Part shown: positions 38,686 through 46,702 of the stretch, piece after piece
How positions within the stretch are numbered: the stretch's first letter is position 1
Layout of the letters: each line of letters starts with the position of its first letter
Assembly: GCA_017480685.1 (NCBI GenBank)
Contig: JAFUSD010000002.1
Span: 14,287 to 78,286 of the forward strand
DNA: 64,000 nt
From: Bacteroidaceae bacterium
Lineage (GTDB): Bacteria; Bacteroidota; Bacteroidia; Bacteroidales; Bacteroidaceae
Reading direction: 5' to 3'
The notes under the pieces: generated by a model
Databases searched by the model: none
What the model was told of the DNA's origin: nothing
What the model saw: the letters and a program-made list of their open reading frames with translations, nothing else
Translations under genes and position numbers: made by a program

Positions 38686-38833
38686 GTAATTTATTTTTAA
38701 TGTCATGCCAATATATCAAAATAAATCTGCAAAAAGAGCACGAGATATGCAAGAAATCAAAGTATGTGGATGAAACAAAAGGCTCATTTTGCAAATAATG
38801 CGTGAAAAACTTCTTCATACGAAAAGAAGGTAG

Positions 38834-38841
38834 TATCTTTG
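38834..38841 (+). promoter_or_regulatory. -7 promoter box TATCTTTG upstream of the 38888 lipoprotein gene
   Basis: aggtagTATCTTTGcatag, 47 nt upstream of the ATG. Confidence 0.5.
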
Positions 38842-38887
38842 CATAGTCAAAAACAATGACAGAAAAACCACGACAGCCATTAAGAAT

Positions 38888-39658
38888 ATGAACAAGACAG
38901 CATATACAGCACTTGCCATTATTTGTGTATCGGCTTTGATGATAGCATGCAATGGTACGGGTAGCAGGGAAGATGGGAATATGAGTGGGTCGGTAATCAT
39001 CGACACACTGCCCGGGGTGCGTATCTATACCCCGCAGTTCAGCAGTATCGACCTACGATGCGGCACCATGCCCGACACGTCGGAGCGGAACGTGGTGTTC
39101 TGTGCCGAAGCAGCGTTTACTCATGCCCTGCTCGACACATTCAGCCACTCAAACATCGACGGCAACCACGTGAGCGGCGGACGATGGTATGAGGGTGCTA
39201 CATGCATCGAGACCTCTGAGCGCGTGGGCAACACCGGAGGCTTTGTGTGGTATGACAACCATTTCGAGTTTCTGCCCGACACGGCAGCAGCCGAGGCAGC
39301 ACTACGACGGGCAGCCGAGGCGGGTGGCATGGGGTTCTGCCAGGAATACATCATTCACGAAGGCCACTACCAACCCAATACCCGCACCGAAAACCCACGG
39401 TTCAACCGCGTGGAGATGTATCGTGTGCTGGCACTCATCGCCGACACACTGCGCATCGTTGAGAACACGGAGCCCATGCACTTCTCCGACTTCGTGCCCC
39501 TGCTGCTGAAAGCCAGGGTGATGGAAGCACTGTATATGGACATGGGTGCCGGATGGAATCACTCGTGGTATCGAACCGCTGACGGCACCGTACACGAGAT
39601 TCACCCCACCGACTTCAAGTCGCAGTATTGCACCAACTGGATTACATTCTACGAATAA
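38888..39658 (+). CDS. Hypothetical lipoprotein; its last 12 codons lie inside the left copy of the 42-bp direct repeat
   Basis: 256-aa ORF with lipobox ALMIAC. I recognise no family. Confidence 0.6.
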   Translation: MNKTAYTALAIICVSALMIACNGTGSREDGNMSGSVIIDTLPGVRIYTPQFSSIDLRCGTMPDTSERNVVFCAEAAFTHALLDTFSHSNIDGNHVSGGRWYEGATCIETSERVGNTGGFVWYDNHFEFLPDTAAAEAALRRAAEAGGMGFCQEYIIHEGHYQPNTRTENPRFNRVEMYRVLALIADTLRIVENTEPMHFSDFVPLLLKARVMEALYMDMGAGWNHSWYRTADGTVHEIHPTDFKSQYCTNWITFYE

Positions 39659-39659
39659 A
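39618..39659 (+). repeat. Left copy of the perfect 42-bp direct repeat bounding the AT-rich insertion
   Basis: agtcgcagtattgcaccaactggattacattctacgaataaa is identical to 43102-43143. Confidence 0.95.
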
Positions 39660-39812
39660 TTTTATTAAATGAGAAGAAAACGTGTTCATCAGATTATCAA
39701 TATTGTAGATTAGAAAATATTTATAATATTATTTGGTAGTATTTTTATTAACTCCTCCAAATATGAAGAATTATCGAACCAGATACGCATACATTGGACT
39801 ATTATCGGACTT

Positions 39813-41279
39813 ATGATATATGCTGGATTTTGGGGCATAAAGAACTTAAACAGTAATAATGTGGTGCATCTTTCGATAAATAGAATTTTAAATTCAATAT
39901 ATTTTATTGGCTGGCTGGAGGTTCTGTATGTTATACTACAGATATTTGAAATACTACCTAAACACAGTCATTTCTTTGTATTTACAGGAAACTTCGATAA
40001 TCCCGCTATCGTTGCAATGCTTCTCTCTTTTTGCATACCCATCGGCTTATATCGTATAATGCATGCCAAAAGTACTATGTATAAATCAATATGGATAAAT
40101 ACCACCATCATTATATTTATTGTAATTATAATATCAGGAAGTCGTACTGGTATTATATCATCAATAATATCTACATTATATTTAAAGAAACAAATAAGAC
40201 CAAATAAGTTGTAACGTAGAAGATTTACATTATGGATAATTACTATATTAGCATTTATCATACTCTTAATTCTCTATACAATTAAAAAAGATTCAGCTAT
40301 TGGGAGATTATATATTTGGCGCATATCTTTGCAAATGATTACAGACAAACCATTATTAGGGTTTGGATTAGATGGATTTGCATCTCACTTTATGTGGTAT
40401 CAATCAAAATTCTTATCGGCACATCCGAATTCTCCATTTTTGCTCTTAGCAGATAATATCACTAATCCATTTAATGAATTCCTTTATATTGGTATAAGTT
40501 ATGGAACGATTGGTTTAATATGCACTATCATTTTTTTTACATTAATGTGGCAACAAATATCACTAATTAAATGTAAACAAAAGAAAATCCTATCAGCATT
40601 GTACCTTATTCTCATGTGTTGGTGTATGTTTTCGTATCCCCTGCATGTTCCTTTTGTGTGGATTATTATTTTACTTATTACGATTACAATTTTGAGCCGA
40701 CTTCATCATAAATCATTGATTGTCATTTCACATACAGTTATAATAACAAGTATAATTGTAATACTTTCATCTATATATTCAGTGAGGTTCAGAGCCGAAT
40801 GGGGTGTCGTGCAAGCCCATTCACTTTTTGGACATGAAGATACTGCCATATTAGATTTTAAGCGATTATATAAACATCTTTCGAAAGACGGTAGATTCCT
40901 ATATAATTACGGAGCAGAACTACACATTGCTGAACGTTATGAAGAAAGCAAAAATATACTAAACGAATGTGCTTCATTATTAAATGACTATAATCTTCAT
41001 ATGATAATGGGAGATGATTATATGCAGATTTGTAAGTCTGACTCTGCAATTCTTCATTACAGCATTGCATCAAATATGGTACCAAACAGGTTGCTTCCTC
41101 TGTACCAAATTATGAATATATATTCAAATCAAGGAGACTCTATTAATGCCAAGAAGATTGCATTGATTATCCTAAATAAACGTGTAAAAATCAGATCAAA
41201 TGTAACAGATTTTATAATCAGGAAAGCAATTGAAGTACAATCCGATGATACAACAATAAGAGAAGAACAGTACATTTAA
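39813..41279 (+). pseudogene. O-antigen-ligase/Wzy_C-like membrane protein with a C-terminal TPR-like region, interrupted by a single in-frame TAA (40212-40214)
   Basis: ORFs 39813-40214 and 40329-41279 are in the same frame, and the 114 nt between them contain no further stop (RRRFTLWIITILAFIILLILYTIKKDSAIGRLYIWRISLQ). The downstream part reads DKPLLGFGLDGFASHF...NPFNEFLYIGISYG. A possible additional frameshifted N-terminus begins at the ATG 39763. Confidence 0.65.
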
Positions 41280-41320
41280 TAAATATTACACAATGTGTTT
41301 GTGGTTTTAAAAAAAAAGTG

Positions 41321-41328
41321 TATCTTTG
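41321..41328 (+). promoter_or_regulatory. -7 promoter box TATCTTTG inside the islet, upstream of the 41353 gene
   Basis: aaagtgTATCTTTGcacatc, 25 nt upstream of the ATG. Confidence 0.5.
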
Positions 41329-41352
41329 CACATCAAATAAACAAATTGTCAC

Positions 41353-42006
41353 ATGAACTCTATTAATAAATTAAAATTATTATCATATACCGTATCAATA
41401 ATAACCTCTGTAATTATCACATATTTTGCATGCTCTTCTGATGAAGAAGATGATGATATGTATTATTATAGTCTCAACATTAATGACATTATACCACGTA
41501 CACGCAGTACAGTAGGAGATGCTTTCATATCAAATGATATTCCTACAAGAGACTATTGCGCAATTTGGTGTATTTGGCAACTATGTGGTGGTTCTGACTA
41601 TTATCAAGGTAAGGTTGAAGCAAAAGCTGGTGAACTACTTGGGTGGACAAGAGAAAAACACAGGCCACTTACCCAACCAGAAATATCCATATTAGCAGCT
41701 GCATTTAATAAACCAAGCAACTGGTATCCGAATACAGAGGTAACTAATAATAATGACACAATACCGAATGGAAATGCAATTAAGGCTGTTTATGACTTAA
41801 TAAATAATAATAATATAAAGGCAGATAAAGATAGTACATATGTTTTACCTTACGAGATATTAGTAGTTTCTAATTTTAATCATTGCCAAATAGGGAAAAA
41901 GATAAACTTCTTCACTGGAACGATTTATATATTTTCAAACGAACATAAAAATGGTAAATCAAAGTACGACATACCTCTATCCACAGTTACAGACGTATAT
42001 CTTTAA
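41353..42006 (+). CDS. Hypothetical lipoprotein with a Cys...His arrangement (possible cysteine peptidase/amidase fold)
   Basis: 217-aa ORF. Lipobox ITYFAC followed by acidic SSDEEDDD. Cys cluster RDYCAIWCIWQLCGG (C69/C73/C78) and NFNHCQIG (H177). Confidence 0.6.
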   Translation: MNSINKLKLLSYTVSIITSVIITYFACSSDEEDDDMYYYSLNINDIIPRTRSTVGDAFISNDIPTRDYCAIWCIWQLCGGSDYYQGKVEAKAGELLGWTREKHRPLTQPEISILAAAFNKPSNWYPNTEVTNNNDTIPNGNAIKAVYDLINNNNIKADKDSTYVLPYEILVVSNFNHCQIGKKINFFTGTIYIFSNEHKNGKSKYDIPLSTVTDVYL

Positions 42007-42008
42007 AT

Positions 42009-43073
42009 ATGACATTAACAATGACCGAAATACACATAAGACACAAATTCACCATGATGCTATACCTCGCAATGACATCTATGGGATGGGCACAGAATGT
42101 TGTTCCTACATATCAGCTTGATAGCATTATAAGGAACGATGACCTCAACCTCAAGAAGATTGCATATCGCTACGACAACATCGGAAACGTGACCATGAAG
42201 AAATACTACATTAAAAGGAATAATGTCTGGTTGCTATGCGACAGTACGGTATATACATACATAGGGAATAACAAAACTAGTGCCACACTCTATGGTATTG
42301 AAGAAAATGAGGTTGTACCATTTAGTCTGACAGAATACTATTATAATAATGGTGTGCTATATAAAGAAACCAAATATAGTTTTGCAGCATCTACATGGCT
42401 TCCTATACAAGAAAAAGACTATGAATACACCGATGATATGATAAGCATAGAAAGGACCTACTCATTGGAGAAAGGACGCAAATCATTAGTCACTACAACC
42501 CAGTATTCATACAACGACGGATTGCTAAGAAGCAAACAAACCGACCATCATTTAGGTGATGGAACCACAAACCCATGCATGCGATGGATCTATACATGGA
42601 GTGATGGAACCACTCCTAAATGTACACAAATAAAGATATGTGAATACAACCTGCATCAATGGCAAATATCAGAGCAAGACACATTTATATACGATGAAGC
42701 AGGTGTACTAATCGGGAAGTATGACGAAGTTGGATGGGGAAATGGTGTAATCGATTTCATACAGAAAACAGAATTCTGCTATGACATATCAGGCAATATC
42801 ATAAGTATACGATATTATAATAAGACGGGCGAAAATGCATGGCAGCCAGTGTACGACACACATTTTATGTATAATAGCAACATTCCACTTGACAATATTG
42901 TAAACACCACACTTGTGCGGGAACTATGGGGAATAGATATCGGTATACCAACGCATTCCTTTGCGATACAACACTGCAACAACATGCCGACAGCTATAGT
43001 GACTCTTGATGCTCCTCATCCCGACAACATAGATGAATACACACAATATTATTACTCGATATTAGAAGAGTAA
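42009..43073 (+). CDS. Small YD/RHS-repeat-like secreted protein
   Basis: 354-aa ORF. The signal peptide probably starts at MMLYLAMTSMGWAQ (ATG ~42054). Recurring YD-type repeats: IAYRYDNIGNV, EYYYNNGVLYKE, YSYNDGLLRS, FIYDEAGVLIGKY, FCYDISGNIISIRYY. Confidence 0.6.
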   Translation: MTLTMTEIHIRHKFTMMLYLAMTSMGWAQNVVPTYQLDSIIRNDDLNLKKIAYRYDNIGNVTMKKYYIKRNNVWLLCDSTVYTYIGNNKTSATLYGIEENEVVPFSLTEYYYNNGVLYKETKYSFAASTWLPIQEKDYEYTDDMISIERTYSLEKGRKSLVTTTQYSYNDGLLRSKQTDHHLGDGTTNPCMRWIYTWSDGTTPKCTQIKICEYNLHQWQISEQDTFIYDEAGVLIGKYDEVGWGNGVIDFIQKTEFCYDISGNIISIRYYNKTGENAWQPVYDTHFMYNSNIPLDNIVNTTLVRELWGIDIGIPTHSFAIQHCNNMPTAIVTLDAPHPDNIDEYTQYYYSILEE

Positions 43074-43101
43074 CATTAGATTAATACTATATATTCATCT
43101 T

Positions 43102-43143
43102 AGTCGCAGTATTGCACCAACTGGATTACATTCTACGAATAAA
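43102..43143 (+). repeat. Right copy of the perfect 42-bp direct repeat
   Basis: Identical to 39618-39659. Non-coding here. Confidence 0.95.
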
Positions 43144-43169
43144 CAAAAGACAAGATAAGACGATAAACA

Positions 43170-43640
43170 ATGAAGACTGAAAGCAACGTAAAGACAGTGA
43201 TGGCACCGCAAGATGTGGTGTACGCACGGCTGTCGGACCTCACGAACGTGAGCAAAGTGCGCGAACGACTCGACGACCCTGACTTCCAGCAGCAGTTGAG
43301 CCAGCAGATGCCCGACGGACACAAGATCGACGAGATACGCGAGCGGCTCGACTCTATGCAGTTTGATGCCGACTCGGTGAGCATGGATGTGCCGCCAATT
43401 GGCAACATAGCAATACGCATCATAGAGCGCGAACCCGAGAAGTGCATCAAGTTCGAATCGGTCAACTCGCCAATACACTTCTACCTGTGGATTCAACTGC
43501 TGCCGCTGACCGACACATCGAGCAAGATGCGCCTCACGGTAGATGCCGACGTGAACCCATTCATGCGTATGATGGTAGAGAAACCGCTGAAGGAAGGAGT
43601 GGAGAAGCTGGCCGACATGCTGGCAAGCCTGCCGTATTAA
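43170..43640 (+). CDS. SRPBCC-like (START/polyketide-cyclase fold) small protein, tentative
   Basis: 156-aa ORF. Its length and the N-terminal pattern (VKTVMAPQDVVYARLSDLTN) resemble SRPBCC ligand-binding proteins. The assignment is weak. Confidence 0.5.
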   Translation: MKTESNVKTVMAPQDVVYARLSDLTNVSKVRERLDDPDFQQQLSQQMPDGHKIDEIRERLDSMQFDADSVSMDVPPIGNIAIRIIEREPEKCIKFESVNSPIHFYLWIQLLPLTDTSSKMRLTVDADVNPFMRMMVEKPLKEGVEKLADMLASLPY

Positions 43641-43657
43641 AGAAAAGAGGAAAAAAG

Positions 43658-43800
43658 ACCCTCTCCCCAACCCTCCCCCGTCATCCCCCTGCGGGGGATT
43701 GAGGGGGGACAAATCGGTTCTTCTCCCCCTCGCACTCCCCCAGGGGAGAGGGGGAGGGAGGCCATCCAAATGAATCTCCTCATAAAATGGGGGAGAGATG
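43658..43800. repeat. GC-rich mosaic hairpin element, family copy C
   Basis: Contains atccccc-tgc-gggggat and ctcccc-cag-gggag hairpins, a degenerate ccatccaaatga half-palindrome, and aaatgggggag shared with copy A. It lies right after the SRPBCC stop. Confidence 0.75.
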
Positions 43801-43847
43801 TATGAAAGAGAGAGAGGGTGCGTAATTAATTATTCATTATATTAGGA

Positions 43848-45182
43848 ATGAACAAACTTTGGACAAAAAACGTTGAAATGACCGATGAAATCGAGCGTTT
43901 CACCGTAGGTCGCGACCGCGAGATGGACCTCTATCTCGCACCTTACGACGTGCTTGGCTCGATGGCTCACATCACGATGCTCGAGTCGATAGGGCTGCTG
44001 AGCAAATCGGAACTCGACCAACTGCTCGTGGAACTGAAAACAATCTACGACACCTGCGTGCGCGGGGAGTTCAAGATAGAGGACGGAGTGGAGGATGTGC
44101 ACTCGCAAGTGGAGCTGATGCTCACACGCCGGCTGGGCGATGTGGGAAAAAAGATCCACTCGGGACGCTCAAGGAACGACCAGGTGCTCGTCGACCTCAA
44201 ACTCTTCATCCGCCAACAACTGCGTGAAATTGTGGAACTGACCGACACGCTGTTCCGCCACCTCATCAAGCGGAGCGAAGAATGTAAAGACATACTCATG
44301 CCAGGATATACCCACCTGCAGGTTGCCATGCCCTCATCGTTTGGATTGTGGTTTGGAGCGTATGCTGAAAGCCTTGTCGACGATATGCAATACCTGCTGG
44401 CTGCATGGCGCATCACCAACCGCAACCCGCTGGGCTCGGCTGCAGGATATGGCAGCTCGTTCCCGCTCAACCGACAGATGACCACCGACCTGCTGGGGTT
44501 CGACTCGATGGACTACAATGTGGTGTATGCACAGATGGGTCGTGGCAAGACTGAGCGCAACGTGGCCTTCTCGCTCGCAAGCGTGGCAGGCACACTGGCC
44601 AAGTTGGCGTTCGATGCATGTATGTTCAGCAGTCAGAACTTCGCATTCGTACACCTGCCCGACAACTGCACCACCGGGTCGAGCATCATGCCCCACAAGA
44701 AAAACCCCGACGTCTTTGAGCTCACACGTGCCAAATGCAACAAACTGCAGGCACTGCCACAGACCGTCATGATGATAATGAACAACCTGCCGTCGGGCTA
44801 CTTCCGCGACCTGCAAATCATAAAGGAGACATTCCTCCCTGCATTCGACGAACTGAAGGACTGCCTGCGCATGGCTTCCTACATCATCGAGCGTATGGAC
44901 GTGAACCCCGACATACTGTCCAACCCGATATACGACAACATGTTCTCCGTGGAGGAGGTGAACCGCCTGGCAGCAGCCGGAATGCCCTTCCGCGATGCAT
45001 ACCGCAAGGTGGGGCTCGACATCGAGGCTCATCAGTTCACGCCCGACAAGAACATACACCATACCCACGAGGGTAGCATAGGCAACCTGTGCAACGACCG
45101 CATAGCGCTACTTATGGACAATATCCTCGGCCAGTTCAACTTCAGTAAAGTAGACAATGCAATACAGACGCTCAGGAAATAG
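43848..45182 (+). CDS. argH: Argininosuccinate lyase
   Basis: 444-aa ORF. Fumarate-lyase signature GSSIMPHKKNPD, plus SGRSRNDQV and YTHLQVAMP. Confidence 0.95.
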   Translation: MNKLWTKNVEMTDEIERFTVGRDREMDLYLAPYDVLGSMAHITMLESIGLLSKSELDQLLVELKTIYDTCVRGEFKIEDGVEDVHSQVELMLTRRLGDVGKKIHSGRSRNDQVLVDLKLFIRQQLREIVELTDTLFRHLIKRSEECKDILMPGYTHLQVAMPSSFGLWFGAYAESLVDDMQYLLAAWRITNRNPLGSAAGYGSSFPLNRQMTTDLLGFDSMDYNVVYAQMGRGKTERNVAFSLASVAGTLAKLAFDACMFSSQNFAFVHLPDNCTTGSSIMPHKKNPDVFELTRAKCNKLQALPQTVMMIMNNLPSGYFRDLQIIKETFLPAFDELKDCLRMASYIIERMDVNPDILSNPIYDNMFSVEEVNRLAAAGMPFRDAYRKVGLDIEAHQFTPDKNIHHTHEGSIGNLCNDRIALLMDNILGQFNFSKVDNAIQTLRK

Positions 45183-46128
45183 TGGCATACAGTTGCCGGT
45201 GTTGTCGCTCGGATTATGGCACAACTTCGGAGCCGACGACCCCTACGACGTGGCCCGCGATATGGTGCTCACGGCTTTCGACCGTGGCATCTGCCATTTC
45301 GATTTGGCCAACAACTACGGCCCGCCACCCGGAAGTGCAGAGCTTACATTCGGGCGCATCATGAAAGAAGAACTACGCAGCCACCGCGACGAGATGTTCA
45401 TTTCGTCGAAGGCAGGTCACGACATGTGGCCTGGGGTATATGGCACTGGTTCGTCGCGCAAGAACATCATTGCATCATGCAACCAGAGCCTGCAGCGAAC
45501 CGGTCTTGACTATTTCGACGTGTTTTATTCTCACCGCTACGATTCCTCGACCCCAATCGAAGAGACCATGCAGGCACTTGTAGATTTGGTGCATCAGGGC
45601 AAGGCATTGTATGTAGGTATTTCGAAATATCCTGCCGAGCAGCAGCTGGAGGCCTACAACTACCTGCTGCGCGAACATGTGCCATGTCTGCTCAGCCAGT
45701 ATCGCTGTTCGCTGTTCGACCTCAAAGCACGCCGCGACAACTTTGCCGGAGCCGTGGGTGCCGGAAGCGGAATCATCTGCTTCTCGCCCTTGGCGCAAGG
45801 CTTGCTCACCGGCAAGTATTCTGACTGCATACCGGCCGACAGCCGTGTGGCAAAACACAGTCCGTTTCTCACCCAGTCGCACATTACACCCCAACGCATC
45901 GAAGCAGCCCGAAAGCTCGGTGAAATCGCAAAAAAACGAAATCAGACGCTTGCTCAGATGGCGCTGGCATGGATACTGGCCGACGAGCGGGTGACATCGG
46001 TCATAATGGGAACATCAAGTGTAAAGCAATTGGAAAGCAATATCGAAGCATTAGATAATACTGTTTTCAGCAATGAAGAGCTTAAAACCATCGATGAAAT
46101 CGTTAATAATCCGCAAATATCGTTCTGA
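45157..46128 (+). CDS. Aldo/keto reductase (YghZ / L-glyceraldehyde-3-phosphate reductase-like)
   Basis: 323-aa ORF. MQYRRSGNSGIQLPVLSLGLWHNFG and FDLANNYG are typical AKR motifs. It overlaps the argH end by 26 nt. Confidence 0.9.
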   Translation: MQYRRSGNSGIQLPVLSLGLWHNFGADDPYDVARDMVLTAFDRGICHFDLANNYGPPPGSAELTFGRIMKEELRSHRDEMFISSKAGHDMWPGVYGTGSSRKNIIASCNQSLQRTGLDYFDVFYSHRYDSSTPIEETMQALVDLVHQGKALYVGISKYPAEQQLEAYNYLLREHVPCLLSQYRCSLFDLKARRDNFAGAVGAGSGIICFSPLAQGLLTGKYSDCIPADSRVAKHSPFLTQSHITPQRIEAARKLGEIAKKRNQTLAQMALAWILADERVTSVIMGTSSVKQLESNIEALDNTVFSNEELKTIDEIVNNPQISF

Positions 46129-46162
46129 GACCCAAGGGCGTCTCAGAGTCCTGCTCTGCTGC

Positions 46163-46690
46163 ATGACGGTGGTTGCCGCCATGCTGCTGGTGGTGTCGTG
46201 CAAAGACGACATCAACAGCACCTATTCCACCAAATACCCCGTGCGCTTCTATTTCGAAGTTGCCACGAGCAGTGAGTTGTATAACGCAATTGGCAATCCA
46301 GGACAGTTTGTCAGCATACGTCCCATCGGTGGCAAGATACGCATCAGCAACTCACTTGGCAGCAATGACTACTCGCTTTCGCAGATAGGCAGCCGCGAGT
46401 TTGAGTATGGGCTTGGCGGACTGATAGTCGGCACGAGTTCCACTCCCAACATGCAGAACGGCTTTGACCTTATGGCCTATGACCTGGCTTGCCCCAAGTG
46501 TGACCGCCAGACCTATCGGCTCAGTCTACACGACAACGGCACAGCCCTGTGTTCTCACTGCGGAACATCATACGACCTCAACAACTATGGTTGGGTGATT
46601 GGCGTGGCAGAAGAAGCACAGCCGGCACGTGCACTGTTGCGATACAGAATTGCGTTCAACGGCGTAGCTATAAATGTGAGCAACAGGTAA
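46163..46690 (+). CDS. Hypothetical lipoprotein with a CxxC...CxxC zinc-ribbon-like motif
   Basis: I prefer the start at the ATG 46163 (MTVVAAMLLVVSCKDD lipobox). It contains CPKCDRQ...(16 aa)...CSHCGTSYD. Confidence 0.6.
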   Translation: MTVVAAMLLVVSCKDDINSTYSTKYPVRFYFEVATSSELYNAIGNPGQFVSIRPIGGKIRISNSLGSNDYSLSQIGSREFEYGLGGLIVGTSSTPNMQNGFDLMAYDLACPKCDRQTYRLSLHDNGTALCSHCGTSYDLNNYGWVIGVAEEAQPARALLRYRIAFNGVAINVSNR

Positions 46691-46702
46691 GGCAATAACG
46701 AG

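Larger units (their letters stand above)
39660..43101. mobile_element. 3.4-kb AT-rich insertion (genomic islet) bounded by 42-bp direct repeats; no integrase or transposase inside
   Basis: There is an abrupt drop in GC, visible by eye, relative to both flanks. The perfect 42-bp duplication regenerates the 3' end of the 38888 gene. The cargo is one broken gene and two unknown genes. Confidence 0.55.

Noticed and set aside
45157-45182. The 26-nt argH/AKR overlap as a sign of frameshifting or gene fusion
   Set aside because: Both ORFs are full length with intact family motifs, and the AKR N-terminus MQYRRSGNSG is canonical. Short overlaps of this size are common in operons.
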